Positions 8,679 through 19,334 are shown, counted from the stretch's first letter. The stretch is 33,413 nt of DNA from an uncultured Gammaproteobacteria bacterium (GCA_964549245.1 CAZJUO010000005.1:1-33413); one strand, 5' to 3'. A program made the numbers and translations. Notes: generated by a model from the sequence alone, not told the origin.

Positions 8679-11600
8679 TTAAAACGCGGGTACGCTAGAG
8701 ATATCTATACCTCCGCGAAAACCAGTGTGATGGGTGAAAAACTGCGAGACTACATCGCCGTTGTAGTTAAAAGCGCGTACTTGCGGACCCATGCCAGCTC
8801 CTGGGGCGGTAATAATATCGTCTGTCCCATCTTGGTCAAGGTCAGCTACGATGGAGGTAAAATCACCACGTAAAGTCGAAGCGTACGCCCAGAATTGCGA
8901 GACCACATCACCGAGCCCGTTGAATACCCGCACCTGCGGTCCGGCTTCAGAAACCGGAGTAGCTACTATTTCGTTCGTACCGTTGCCGCTGATATCACCT
9001 ACGGCTACATTAACTCCGCCGCGGAAGGTGGTGGCATAAGCGAAAAATCTTCCGAGTACATTGCCCTCGCCATCAAACATAACCACCTGGGGTCCTAAAC
9101 CGGCTTTGGGGGCAACCACGATATCAACATCCCCGTCAGCATCAATATCACCAGTGGTTACATTAAAGCCGCCTCGTACGGTTTCGGCATAAGCCATAAA
9201 TTGCGTTACCACCGTACCGTCATAATCAAAGGCGCGTACCTGCGGGCCGCCAGCTGATTCGGGGGCCACGATTATTTCCATAACGCCATCGCCATCAATA
9301 TCGCCTGTAGCCATACTGACACCGCCACGGAACGTTTCCGGATATGCCCAGAACTGTGATTCTACATCCCCGGAGCCATTAAAGATGCGGACCTGCGGGC
9401 CGGCACCGGCCATTGTGGTTACAATAATTTCATCAGCCCCGTCACCGTCAACGTCAGCTACCGCTAGCTTCACTCCCGTACGGATATGAGAAGCAAATGC
9501 CCAAAACTGATCAATGACGTTGCCCTGCAAATCAAAGACGCGGATTTGCGGGCCTGCTCCTTCTCCTGGCGCGACAACTATTTCATTTACACCATCACCG
9601 TTTAAATCTCCCGCCACCGCCTGTATACCGATGCGAAGCGTGGAAGCAAAAGCGAAGAAATTCAATATTGCATTGCCGTCACCATCCCAAACAGTTACCT
9701 GCGGACCTCCTTCACTGGATGGGGTAGCTACTACGTAGGCCGGGCCGCCAACCGCACCAGCCGCTCCAAAGGCTGCGCCAGAGGTCAAGGCAAATTCCGT
9801 AAAGTGGCTCACCTGCATGCAGGCCGTTCCTTGGTCTTCATTAATTACGGCCGTGTCCGGGGTCTGCCAGGCACCGGCATTTGAGTTCCAAAATTTTGGA
9901 AATATATCATCAACCGACACGCCAACCTCTGCCATATAATCAGCGGGTAAAGGCATGCAAATCGTTACATTAGAATTAAAACTTTCAACTAATTCAGAAC
10001 CGCTGTCTCCCTGCTTAGTAACTTCGAAATCCCAGGCAAAGGTTAACGGTTTATCAGAATCGGTAAAAATAAGATTGGTGCTTGGAGTTGCCGTCAGGGT
10101 ATAGGTGCTTTCGTCAGTGCCCATCGCATTGGCAGGGATGGCCACGCTGGTCCCGTCAGGCAAGGTAAAATTGTTCTGCTGGGTAGCGGTAAAGGTGGTA
10201 GAAAAAGCTTCCGGGATGTCAAATTTTGCCATTTCAAGTGTAAAGGTTTTCGCCTTATCATCACCGGTAGCGACGGTTATTTGAGCTTCATTTGATCGAT
10301 AGAATTTATTAGTCTCCGGCATAAACGTGTCGCAACCGACCCACCAGGTACCCGCAGTAAGCGGAATCCGCGCCTCTCCACTAAACATTTCTCGGCCCGA
10401 ATGGCCGCCCTCTTCATTCCAAGCGTGGCAGAAACCGAATTCCGGCGTGCTACCATCGGCAAATTCACCCGTGGCAGTTAAAAACGCGTCAGCCTTGCGA
10501 TACTTCAAAAGCAAACCAGTTGCAGGTTTTGTAGACGTCACGGTTACCTCAACCTCCTTTGGTGACATATAGTCAGATTCAAATTCCGGCGGTAATCCAG
10601 AATGGATAGAGTATTCGCCAGAAACAATGTTCATGCGGAAAGTTCCGTCCCCTCTTGTTTCGGTACCGGTATGAAATACCTTGCCGCCTTCAAAGTCACC
10701 TTTTACCTTATCTTCAAGTTGCCGGAAATTATCCGCGCCAACCCAGACATGCGCCATAGGGCTACCGTTCGGATCGACTACTTTTCCGCTGATATAAGTA
10801 TCGGCTTTAAAGACGGTGATAATTTTAGTTATTTGGGAATTAGCCGGAACAGCCACGGCACTATCTGGCTCTGGATTGGTCTCTACAAATGGGGAGTCGC
10901 CTTCTTTTGATCCCCAAAAATGCACACCAACCATATATGCTTTATCAGCGCCGCCTCGCACACTGATATTATAACTGCCATCAGGATTCAGTTTTCCGGG
11001 CCGCCATTGCCAATTACCTGCTTCCACGGCAAATACTTCCGCCTCTACGCCAGTTACTAAATTGCCTTTTTGGTCTTTAACCCAACCAGAAATGGTAGAA
11101 TCATTGGGAACCAGCTGCAGACTGACACTTTTAGTCTGCCCCGCTCCAACAGTAATCTCAATTTCCTTATTCAAAGACATGTTTGTTTCCGGCGGCATAT
11201 GAGTACCGCAAACGTAAGTAAAACCTCCGAGCAACAGTATTGAGGCCGTACCGCGATCAACACCGGCGCCAAACTCTGATCCTGGGCCATAACTGCCGCC
11301 CTTCTTGCGGCAATAGGCCCAGCCAAAGAAATTACTCACCGCTTTGCCGCTATTGTCAGTCATGCTGACATTTACCACCGCATCGGCCTGCTGCACACGG
11401 ATTATTTTACCAGTAATAGTTTGATTGTCTTTAACGGTCACCCCTATCTGCTCCATATCAACCGCTATGTATTTTGTGCCTGAATTTGATCTGCCTTGGT
11501 CAATACCCAGCTCCCATTCACCGGCTGATACCCAAAAGGTAAAAGCTCCGCCGGCTCCGCTCTGCGTATTTGCCCATCCTTCGCCATGCCGCTTCCAGGT

Positions 11601-13034
11601 ATTGAGCCAGACACCCTCTACACCATTGCCGTTTTTATCCAATACGGTACCGGTAATTTTTGAAGTCTTCTTTTTCATGACAATATTCAAAGTTTTGGTT
11701 TGGTTTTCCTCTACTCGAACAGAAATTTCATCCGAATAAAACCGTGCTAGATCAGGATTCATATTATCCGGCCAAACCATAACTTTATAATCACCAGCCA
11801 TTACATTGGCAGTAAACGAACCGTCCTGTCGATTAATGCCTGTACCACTGCCTCCTGCTTGGCCGGCTCTGATATCTACATAACCGCCTTCAAGCGGCTC
11901 ACCGTTTGGCTTTTTTACAAAACCTTTAATCTTTGCGTTTGTTTTTTGTACAGTAAAGGTGAGGCTTTTTGCTTCAGTTGAACTATCATCTTTGAATTGC
12001 ACCGACTGCGGTGTTTGTGTATACGTCCAGTCAACATCATACTGCTGCCCAGTTTCTGGATTATGTGCGGGATTCACATTTAACTCCCAAGTGCCCCCCG
12101 CTACGCTAATAGCCGCCTTGCCAGAACTGTCCACATCACTGCCCGAACCGCCGCCGCCATCGCGCTTATTGGCCCATACACTAGCATTGGTAACTGGATT
12201 TCCATTTCCGTATTTAACGGTTACGTTGATAGTTTTTTTCGCGGCGACCATGGTAAGATTTTTGGTAACTGTATTGCCGCTGTAAACTACAGAAACCGGA
12301 TCAGGGGAAACTACGCCCTGTAAATTACCGGGCCAGGCCTCCAAATAATAGGTAGTGCCTGTTTTTATGGTTCCCTGTTCAGAATTCACGCTAAATGCAA
12401 AATATCCATTTTCGTCCACTCCAGTGCCAAAATTTTGGGAAAAATCTTCAGTACGCAAATTAACGCCAACACCGCTTGAGCCAGAGGCTGCTGTGCCGTC
12501 CGGTTTTTTAACCCGTCCCATGATGGCAATATTGCCAACCGCGATTGGCGCCGAAGCTTGGATTTCTTCACCGGGTCCTTCCGATCCCGGTACGCGTACT
12601 TCAACGCCCATAGTATACAATCCCGCTACTTGGGGATTAACCACTCCGGTGATCGTTACTGTTTTGGAACCGGTTGAAAGATTGCTGTTCAAACGAAAAT
12701 TAACCCGGTCACTGCTCATATACGGGGAGTTGCCCCGGTTTTGCACAGAACCGCTGGCTCCCGTGATAGCCACGGTTGCGTTGGATAAATCAAAGCCCTG
12801 TTCTGGCGGGACATTACCCCGAAAGCCGAAGGTCAGGTCAGTGTTGGCAGTAATAGTTGCATTAACTACCATGGTAGCTGTCCAGGTGGCCGTTACTCCA
12901 CCCCCTGTTTTATTGGCGCTCACTCCGTTTAATGAAACAACGGAAGAAACCGCCTGTGCCGATGGCACCATGACAGCCAACATCATAGCTACTCCAGCTA
13001 CTATGCCAGCTGACCAGAATAGTTTTTTTGTCAT
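8679..13034 (-). CDS. Large secreted surface protein: tandem carboxypeptidase-regulatory-like/Cna-B beta-sandwiches, ZU5-like region, C-terminal FG-GAP/VCBS propeller
   Basis: Signal peptide ending AQA; repeated I.G.V.D..G..V/G.F units; seven GPQ[VI]..[FW] repeats with GD.DGDG..EII Ca-binding motifs. Confidence 0.85.
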   Translation of the reverse strand: MTKKLFWSAGIVAGVAMMLAVMVPSAQAVSSVVSLNGVSANKTGGGVTATWTATMVVNATITANTDLTFGFRGNVPPEQGFDLSNATVAITGASGSVQNRGNSPYMSSDRVNFRLNSNLSTGSKTVTITGVVNPQVAGLYTMGVEVRVPGSEGPGEEIQASAPIAVGNIAIMGRVKKPDGTAASGSSGVGVNLRTEDFSQNFGTGVDENGYFAFSVNSEQGTIKTGTTYYLEAWPGNLQGVVSPDPVSVVYSGNTVTKNLTMVAAKKTINVTVKYGNGNPVTNASVWANKRDGGGGSGSDVDSSGKAAISVAGGTWELNVNPAHNPETGQQYDVDWTYTQTPQSVQFKDDSSTEAKSLTFTVQKTNAKIKGFVKKPNGEPLEGGYVDIRAGQAGGSGTGINRQDGSFTANVMAGDYKVMVWPDNMNPDLARFYSDEISVRVEENQTKTLNIVMKKKTSKITGTVLDKNGNGVEGVWLNTWKRHGEGWANTQSGAGGAFTFWVSAGEWELGIDQGRSNSGTKYIAVDMEQIGVTVKDNQTITGKIIRVQQADAVVNVSMTDNSGKAVSNFFGWAYCRKKGGSYGPGSEFGAGVDRGTASILLLGGFTYVCGTHMPPETNMSLNKEIEITVGAGQTKSVSLQLVPNDSTISGWVKDQKGNLVTGVEAEVFAVEAGNWQWRPGKLNPDGSYNISVRGGADKAYMVGVHFWGSKEGDSPFVETNPEPDSAVAVPANSQITKIITVFKADTYISGKVVDPNGSPMAHVWVGADNFRQLEDKVKGDFEGGKVFHTGTETRGDGTFRMNIVSGEYSIHSGLPPEFESDYMSPKEVEVTVTSTKPATGLLLKYRKADAFLTATGEFADGSTPEFGFCHAWNEEGGHSGREMFSGEARIPLTAGTWWVGCDTFMPETNKFYRSNEAQITVATGDDKAKTFTLEMAKFDIPEAFSTTFTATQQNNFTLPDGTSVAIPANAMGTDESTYTLTATPSTNLIFTDSDKPLTFAWDFEVTKQGDSGSELVESFNSNVTICMPLPADYMAEVGVSVDDIFPKFWNSNAGAWQTPDTAVINEDQGTACMQVSHFTEFALTSGAAFGAAGAVGGPAYVVATPSSEGGPQVTVWDGDGNAILNFFAFASTLRIGIQAVAGDLNGDGVNEIVVAPGEGAGPQIRVFDLQGNVIDQFWAFASHIRTGVKLAVADVDGDGADEIIVTTMAGAGPQVRIFNGSGDVESQFWAYPETFRGGVSMATGDIDGDGVMEIIVAPESAGGPQVRAFDYDGTVVTQFMAYAETVRGGFNVTTGDIDADGDVDIVVAPKAGLGPQVVMFDGEGNVLGRFFAYATTFRGGVNVAVGDISGNGTNEIVATPVSEAGPQVRVFNGLGDVVSQFWAYASTLRGDFTSIVADLDQDGTDDIITAPGAGMGPQVRAFNYNGDVVSQFFTHHTGFRGGIDISSVPAF

Positions 13035-13209
13035 AAAACGTTCCTTTATTATGGCGTTTATAGCCTATATTAATTGATAAATATTAAAAAAGTCCGCTAA
13101 AATGCGGAATTAACAAAAGTCCTCTCTTTGGTTTGTATGATTAATAAATTCCCCCAAAATAATATGCATAAGCTATATCTGACAAGCTAGATACGCTTTA
13201 TATAAATGC

Positions 13210-13238
13210 ATTATAGCTTAATTTTTACAAAAAGTCAA
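13210..13238 (-). promoter_or_regulatory. Strong promoter for the surface protein, giving a ~170-nt 5' UTR
   Basis: TTGACT-17 nt-TATAAT. Confidence 0.7.
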
Positions 13239-13259
13239 TTATTTAGCAATAGTAAAACA

Positions 13260-14528
13260 TTACTTTTCTTTCATGGCTTCAACCAGCCTTCCGGTGCCCA
13301 ATATATAGGCGGCCATCCGCAAATCAACTTTTTTCTGTTCATGGATAATCCAAATAGCTTCAAACTCTTTTTTCATGATTTTTTCAAGTTTTTGCAATAC
13401 CTTGCCTTCGGACCAATGCTCGTCATGGCGGTTCTGCCACCATTCAAAATAGCTGACTATAACGCCGCCGGCGTTAGCTAAGATATCTGGCATGACGTAT
13501 ATCTTTCGCTTGGCCAAAATATCATCAGCTGCTGGTGTGACCGGCCCATTGGCCAGCTCAACGATAACAGACGCCTTAATCTGGCGAGCGTTATTTTCAG
13601 TTATTTGGCCGCCTAAAGCAGCGGGCATCAATACGTCAACCTCCAATTCAAGCAATTCTTTGTTGGTAATGGCTTTATAATGATCACAATCGCAAACCGT
13701 ACCAATGCAGTAACATCCGCCAATTTTGCCCTGCTTCTTTTTTTCTTCCATAATATGGTTTGGATCCATGCCTTGCTTTCGTAAATCCAAAATCCCACCC
13801 TTGGAATCAGATACGGCTATTACTTTATACCCGGCTTTATGTAAAATTCGTGCAGCATGGTATCCCACATTGCCGAATCCTTGGATAGCCACGGTGGTCT
13901 CCTGCGGTTTTTTGTTAATCTTTTTTAATAATTCACCTAATGCATAAAAGCCGCCCTGCGATGTTGAATACTCACGCGCTTCCGAACCGCCTTGGTCAAG
14001 CGGTTTGCCGGTAAACGACGATTCTATCCGCCGACCAACCAGCTTTGAATATTCATCAACCATCCAGGTCATAATCAGCGGATTGGTATAGACATCAGGA
14101 GCGGGAATATCTTTTTCCGGGCCGATATCATGAAAAAAAGCGCGTACCCAGCCGCGGGCCAGCCTTTCTAGTTCCGCAGCTGATAACTCCTTTGGATTAA
14201 CTTGAATGCCGCCTTTGCCGCCGCCCATGGGGATATTAGCCACTGCGCATTTCAAAGCCATCAAAAAAGCCAAGCTCTTGACCTCATCGCTGTCCACTTC
14301 TGGATGGAACCGCAAACCGCCTTTATACGGCCCCCTGGCATTATTGAACTGCACCCGATAGCCCGGCAAGTCTTTTTCTTCGCCATTATCAAACCGAAGC
14401 CGTACGGGGTGTTCAATTACCGCATCCGGCGTACTTAATCTTTTATAGTACTCTTCTCCCAAGCCGAGCAAACGTATAGTTTCCCGCAGTTTTTGCATGG
14501 CGTTGGTGAATGGATTCGTTGTTGTCAT
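13260..14528 (-). CDS. gdhA: Glutamate dehydrogenase (Glu/Leu/Phe/Val dehydrogenase family)
   Basis: RGPYKGGLRFHP, GGGKGG, DIPAPDV, TGKP, IQGFGNVG, ELANGP, PDILANAGGVIVSYFEW. Confidence 0.93.
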   Translation of the reverse strand: MTTTNPFTNAMQKLRETIRLLGLGEEYYKRLSTPDAVIEHPVRLRFDNGEEKDLPGYRVQFNNARGPYKGGLRFHPEVDSDEVKSLAFLMALKCAVANIPMGGGKGGIQVNPKELSAAELERLARGWVRAFFHDIGPEKDIPAPDVYTNPLIMTWMVDEYSKLVGRRIESSFTGKPLDQGGSEAREYSTSQGGFYALGELLKKINKKPQETTVAIQGFGNVGYHAARILHKAGYKVIAVSDSKGGILDLRKQGMDPNHIMEEKKKQGKIGGCYCIGTVCDCDHYKAITNKELLELEVDVLMPAALGGQITENNARQIKASVIVELANGPVTPAADDILAKRKIYVMPDILANAGGVIVSYFEWWQNRHDEHWSEGKVLQKLEKIMKKEFEAIWIIHEQKKVDLRMAAYILGTGRLVEAMKEK

Positions 14529-14539
14529 ATATACTTTGC

Positions 14540-15736
14540 TTATGAATTATAAATTTCGATCGCCCGGTGCAATATTCGCATGGCTTTCCGAAGTTGCGAA
14601 GCGGCTAAGACATAGGCGATACGCACCTCTTGTTTGCCGAGCCGCTTCGTAGCATAAAAACCGTTTCCCGGAGCCAACATGACTGTCTCTTTTTGATAAT
14701 CGAATTTTTCCAGCAGCCATTGGCTAAAATTTTCCGCATCAGCTACGGGCAACCGAACCATGGTATAGAAGGCTCCCTGTGACTCGCTCCATGAAACGCC
14801 GGGTATTTTTTTCAATCCGTTAACCACTTCGTCCCGGCGTTTTTTATATTCCTGGCGCAGCGGCTGCGTATACTGTTTTGATTGTTTTAATAATGGCACT
14901 ACAGCCAGCTGTTCAACGGTTGGAGAGGACAATCTCCCTTGAGCAAATTTCAATACTGATTGCATAACATCAGGGTGCTGGCTGGCGATACAGCCGACTC
15001 GTGTCCCGCACATATTAAAACGCTTAGAAACGCTGTCAACGATAATGCTGCGCGCCCGGGCTTTCGGAAAATGCATGATGCTCCGCGGGGGCTGTCCGTC
15101 AAATACGATTTCACGGTACGGCTCATCAGAAATGATAAATAACTTCCGCTTGCTGGCTATATCAATAATCATTTCCAATTCAGCTTTCGAATAAACAGTG
15201 CCGGTTGGGTTTGACGGGTTACAGACAATGACCGCTTTGGTTTTGTTGGTAATGGCTGATTCTATGACCGACCGCTTTGGCAACCGATAGCCATTTTCCA
15301 CATCTAGAGGCACCGGTTTCAAGTTTACATCAGCCATAGCCGCAAAAGTTATATAATTTGTATACAAAGGATCAAAAACCAGAACCTCATCACCTGCATC
15401 ACAAACCGCTAAAAAAGAAAAGATGATAGCCTCACTGCCCCCGACCGTTACCAATATTTCTTCATCCTTAAAGTGAATACCATTATCCTGAAAGTACTTT
15501 TGCCAGGCCGTGATGGCTTCAGGGCAGCCGGCCGAAGGAGCGTATTTGATGGGGTTGTCAGCAAAACTCCGCAGCTGTTTGAAAAACAACGGCGGGGTCG
15601 GCAAATCAGGTTGGCCGATATTAAGATGGTATACCTTGATACCGCGTTGCTTGGCCGCCACCGCATAACGATGGAGCTTACGGATGGGCGAAGAAGGAGT
15701 GTTTTTCGCCCGTTTGGAAATATTTATGTTAGCCAT
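14540..15736 (-). CDS. PLP-dependent class I/II aminotransferase (aspartate aminotransferase-like)
   Basis: LNIGQPD, NPSNPTG, SDEPY, SVSKRF...G.RVG with the PLP lysine. Confidence 0.92.
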   Translation of the reverse strand: MANINISKRAKNTPSSPIRKLHRYAVAAKQRGIKVYHLNIGQPDLPTPPLFFKQLRSFADNPIKYAPSAGCPEAITAWQKYFQDNGIHFKDEEILVTVGGSEAIIFSFLAVCDAGDEVLVFDPLYTNYITFAAMADVNLKPVPLDVENGYRLPKRSVIESAITNKTKAVIVCNPSNPTGTVYSKAELEMIIDIASKRKLFIISDEPYREIVFDGQPPRSIMHFPKARARSIIVDSVSKRFNMCGTRVGCIASQHPDVMQSVLKFAQGRLSSPTVEQLAVVPLLKQSKQYTQPLRQEYKKRRDEVVNGLKKIPGVSWSESQGAFYTMVRLPVADAENFSQWLLEKFDYQKETVMLAPGNGFYATKRLGKQEVRIAYVLAASQLRKAMRILHRAIEIYNS

Positions 15737-16688
15737 ATTTCTTTTTACTGCCCCAGTCTATGCCAATCGCACTGGAAGCTCCGGCGTTTAAATACTTGTA
15801 CGCCTGGAGTGCTGCTTTTGCTCCTTCACCAGCGGAAATAATTATTTGTTTATATGAAATGTTAGTCACGTCGCCCGCCGCAAAAATCCCCGGTTCAGAA
15901 GTCTCACAATCAGATGAAATAATAATCTGTTTATTATCATCAAGCTTGACCAGATTTTTAATCAAATCCGCCTTTACTTGAAACCCGATTTCCACAAATA
16001 CTCCCTGTACCGGCACTTCGCGTACTTTACTTTCATCAGCCACGTCGGTGACGATTATTTTTTCCACCACGGTCTCGCCGCTGATTTCCTTTGTTTTGCT
16101 GTTATATAATATTTCGATATTATCAGCGGCTTGCACTTTATTTGCTAAAAATTCCTCACCGCGGAATTTATCGCGGCGATGGATCAAATACACTTTTTTT
16201 GCCAACTGGGAAAGCAACAGCGCCGCGTCCAGCGCTGAATTGCCTCCGCCCACTACCGCCACTTCTTTGTTCTTGAAAAGCGGCGCATCGCAAGTAGCGC
16301 AATACGAAACTCCCTTGCCGCCCAGCCTGTCTTCGCCGGGCACTCCCAAATGCCGGTGCGTTAAACCAAAAGCCAGGATGACAGCCCGCGCCTCAAACTC
16401 TTTATCATTATTTCGGACTATGAATGTATTGTCCTTTTTTTTAATTTCCTTGACTTCCGCAAAAACAAATTCAGCGCCGAATTTTTTCGCCTGTTTTTGG
16501 AAACGCTGCATCAGCTCTAGGCCGTCGATATGCTCAAAACCCGGATAATTCTCAACATCCGGAGTGCTGGCAGCTTGGCCACCAATGTCCTGGGTAACCA
16601 CTAATGTTTTCATGGCCCGGCGTGTCGTATAAATCGCCGCCGTCAGCCCGGCAGCCGCACCGCCAATTATAACAACATCATAAACCAT
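15729..16688 (-). CDS. trxB: Thioredoxin-disulfide reductase
   Basis: [33 protein letters not shown]. Confidence 0.95.
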   Translation of the reverse strand: MVYDVVIIGGAAAGLTAAIYTTRRAMKTLVVTQDIGGQAASTPDVENYPGFEHIDGLELMQRFQKQAKKFGAEFVFAEVKEIKKKDNTFIVRNNDKEFEARAVILAFGLTHRHLGVPGEDRLGGKGVSYCATCDAPLFKNKEVAVVGGGNSALDAALLLSQLAKKVYLIHRRDKFRGEEFLANKVQAADNIEILYNSKTKEISGETVVEKIIVTDVADESKVREVPVQGVFVEIGFQVKADLIKNLVKLDDNKQIIISSDCETSEPGIFAAGDVTNISYKQIIISAGEGAKAALQAYKYLNAGASSAIGIDWGSKKKYG

Positions 16689-16724
16689 ACGAAGTGGGTA
16701 TAGGTAGTTAGTTATATTACAAAT

Positions 16725-17051
16725 CTACGAACCAATTGCCTTATCCAATTCAGCAGCCAACTGATCCTTTTGGTGCAGGCCAACGCCTTGCCAAACCACC
16801 TTGCCGCCTTTAAAAATAGCCAGGGTAGGGATGCTCATGACACCGTATTTTTGGGCGGTCTGGGGATTTTGGTCCACTTCCAACTTGCCGACTTTTGCCT
16901 TGCCGTCAAATTCTTTGGCAGTTTCTTCTACGATAGGCCCTTGCATTTTGCAAGGTCCGCACCATTCGGCCCAAAAATCAACCAGCACGGGTGTGTCTGA
17001 TTGCATTACTTCGGTTTCAAAATTTTGATCGGTTAATTGTACTTCTGCCAT
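16725..17051 (-). CDS. trxA: Thioredoxin
   Basis: WAEWCGPC, SIPTL; start set at MAEVQ (17051), downstream of TGGACA-17-TACAAT (17114-17086). Confidence 0.95.
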   Translation of the reverse strand: MAEVQLTDQNFETEVMQSDTPVLVDFWAEWCGPCKMQGPIVEETAKEFDGKAKVGKLEVDQNPQTAQKYGVMSIPTLAIFKGGKVVWQGVGLHQKDQLAAELDKAIGS

Positions 17052-17131
17052 GGTTGCGTTGATTAATAATAAATGCGATGACTGTATTGTACCGTGCGGT
17101 ATTTTTTTTGTCCAATCGTGCATTGTGGCAT

Positions 17132-17161
17132 AAAAAAGCCGAAGTTTTATGAACTCCGGCT
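17132..17161 (-). terminator. Intrinsic terminator
   Basis: GCCGGAGTT-cataa-AACTTCGGC-TTTTTT. Confidence 0.75.
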
Positions 17162-17182
17162 ACCTAGTATTATAATACTCTG

Positions 17183-17512
17183 CTATATGATACGGCAGTG
17201 CATTCCAGTGAAGAAATAAACCGCATCTTGATTTGACGGAATGATATAAAGCTCGTCTCCTGCTTGGGCGCGGTAGGAAAACTGACCAGGTGGATAAAAA
17301 GTCTTTTCCTTATCGCCACTCAAAAGGTAAGCGCTTACCCTGCCCTCGGGCATGGAGCTGTCGCCATACTGCTCCCTCAAATACTTAAGTATTTTTTTTA
17401 AACTCCAACCTATACAGTCAATGTCGATTATTGTTTCGGCTACCTCTCTGCTCTTCGCGTCATGGACTATATGGACGGCTACTCCAATTTTCCCAGTTTT
17501 TACTTTTACCAT
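17183..17512 (-). CDS. Hypothetical protein, possible MoaD/ThiS-like beta-grasp fold
   Basis: AAGGAGG SD before ATG 17512; SLKKILKYLREQY...AGDELYIIP pattern; own promoter TTGACA-17-TACATT (17625-17597). Confidence 0.6.
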   Translation of the reverse strand: MVKVKTGKIGVAVHIVHDAKSREVAETIIDIDCIGWSLKKILKYLREQYGDSSMPEGRVSAYLLSGDKEKTFYPPGQFSYRAQAGDELYIIPSNQDAVYFFTGMHCRII

Positions 17513-17654
17513 TAGTGCCTCCTTAATCAAACAAAATTTAAAAAGTACTATCAAAAGAGCATGCAATTTAATTCTGTAGAATTATATTTATAGGCCAATG
17601 TATCATCTTCCCCCTTTCATGTCAAGCCAAAGAAGACCAACGGTGGAATATAAT

Positions 17655-17681
17655 AAAAACCAGCCCCAAAGTGCTGGTTTT
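17655..17681. terminator. Terminator hairpin
   Basis: AAAACCAGC / GCTGGTTTT. Confidence 0.7.
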
Positions 17682-17707
17682 AAGTTTGATTTAAATTAAG
17701 GCAATGC

Positions 17708-18145
17708 CTAATTTTCAGATGTGAGGGATAGATTATTACCTGCCTCACTCAATAGTGCCTTGGTAGTAGATATAAATTCCTGGCGTTTTTTCGTGCCGCT
17801 AAAAACTAATAACTTCGTAAAGGTGGTTACCCCCGCCTCCTCCAAGGACTCCCGCTTGAGCCGGCTGGCAGTCAAAGCCACTATCGGCTGATTCTTTTGC
17901 AGCCGCCGAATTCTTTCGACAAACGCCACTACATCCATTCCCTTTTCAGTGCTGCCGGGGCAAACGATAACCATGTCAAAATACTTGCCCTCAATAAAGG
18001 CTTTTTCAAAGAACTGATAAGCCTGATGAAAATTCTGATAAATAACGTAACGGTACTTATCACCAACCAACTTCTTAATTTTCCTAATTGCTTCAAGGTT
18101 AACTTCCACCAACAATATAAAATTATCTCGCCATTTATGCGGCAT
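17708..18145 (-). CDS. Atypical single-domain response regulator receiver (pseudo-receiver)
   Basis: ILLVE, FDMVIVC, PIVALTA, FTK; SD AGAGGTG before ATG 18145; promoter TTGACA-17-TACAGT (18220-18192). Confidence 0.65.
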   Translation of the reverse strand: MPHKWRDNFILLVEVNLEAIRKIKKLVGDKYRYVIYQNFHQAYQFFEKAFIEGKYFDMVIVCPGSTEKGMDVVAFVERIRRLQKNQPIVALTASRLKRESLEEAGVTTFTKLLVFSGTKKRQEFISTTKALLSEAGNNLSLTSEN

Positions 18146-18241
18146 GATCACCTCTCTTTTTTATAACTAAAAAGAACAGTTTTATTGCTGCACTGTATCG
18201 CACCAAAGCAAAACTGTCAATGTAAGTATGGCAATTCTTTT

Positions 18242-19273
18242 TTAGCGGCTATATAATCGTATGAGATCATTAATGCCGAATTTTTCTTTGATTTCCCTGG
18301 CTAACAAATGGTGGGTGGTTAGGGGATATCGCTTCTTTATCAGCTGGCGATTTTTAACCCTGGCCAGAAACAAAGGATGAGGAGCACTTTCCACACCGAC
18401 TAAGGCAAAAAAATCACGGAGCTGGTACAGTTCCTGGGCAATAATCTTTTGCTTTAAAGATTCAAAATCCAAACGGCCAACCTGGGCATACTGATGGCTC
18501 GACTGCGCAATCAATGTTTGGGCTATCTTTTCCATGGTGCTAATTGTGGAAATAGTACGGCCATCCACCAGCAAGGAAAAACGCACCAAATTATCCGCCA
18601 AATCACCGCTAAATTCCGTATGGCAGCCGACAAAGTTGATACGCAGACGTATGTTTTTATAGACAGTACATATCTTTACAGTCTGGTACCTATACTTTTT
18701 GGTATGAGGCCATAGGCTAGTTGGTTTAAGATTGGGAAATTCTCTGATAACTAAAATAGTACGTGATCCGAAAAAACGGCTCACTGGGTAGGGGCCATAG
18801 ACCTCTATGCCATTATCAGTGCACCAATCATTCATCAAACCGTTAACCAAGGTACTGGCACCCAAATAGATTTTCCCCAGCTCACGAGACAGTTCCGGAC
18901 TGCCCTTATGCCATTTTTGTTTTGTAATAAGTCGGGCGATCTCTTGGCTGGAATGGCAAATGTTTTTTTTTCGGCAAAAAATGTCAGTGCGGTTTTTGTA
19001 GCGCAGTATTTTAACAAAAAAATCAAAAATTTCACGCATGGCCCGCTTATCGACAGACGACTTGTCCACAACAATATTGTGGTAATGGCAGACCATAAAG
19101 AAAAGCATCGCTCGAACCGATGATGGATTTGGAAAAGCCGAAACCGCTTTACTAAATGGCATAGGTGATTTATTGAAACGAGCTATCGCTTGATAAATGT
19201 ACTGCAACCATACATCGCTATACAATGGATGGAAGTGATAACAATCCAAAGGATCCATAGTGCGCAAATCCAT
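18242..19273 (-). CDS. Hypothetical protein coupled to the PEP-utilizer domain gene (true start possibly 19338 via an A8 tract)
   Basis: 343-aa ORF with no recognisable family; the frame stays open upstream to the A tract at 19328-19335. Confidence 0.75.
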   Translation of the reverse strand: MDLRTMDPLDCYHFHPLYSDVWLQYIYQAIARFNKSPMPFSKAVSAFPNPSSVRAMLFFMVCHYHNIVVDKSSVDKRAMREIFDFFVKILRYKNRTDIFCRKKNICHSSQEIARLITKQKWHKGSPELSRELGKIYLGASTLVNGLMNDWCTDNGIEVYGPYPVSRFFGSRTILVIREFPNLKPTSLWPHTKKYRYQTVKICTVYKNIRLRINFVGCHTEFSGDLADNLVRFSLLVDGRTISTISTMEKIAQTLIAQSSHQYAQVGRLDFESLKQKIIAQELYQLRDFFALVGVESAPHPLFLARVKNRQLIKKRYPLTTHHLLAREIKEKFGINDLIRLYSR

Positions 19274-19334
19274 GCCGGCTAGTAATTGGCGTGCCGCCGT
19301 GAAATATTCATCAATCCATTTTGGATATTTTTTT

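Noticed and set aside
8682-9740. CRISPR-like or DNA tandem repeats
   Set aside because: The periodicity comes from FG-GAP protein repeats with synonymous divergence.
12355-13077. 240-aa plus-strand ORF and other antisense ORFs
   Set aside because: Shadows of well-supported genes on the opposite strand, with no recognisable motifs.
13035-13205. Riboswitch in the surface-protein leader
   Set aside because: Only short hairpins; no aptamer consensus recognised.
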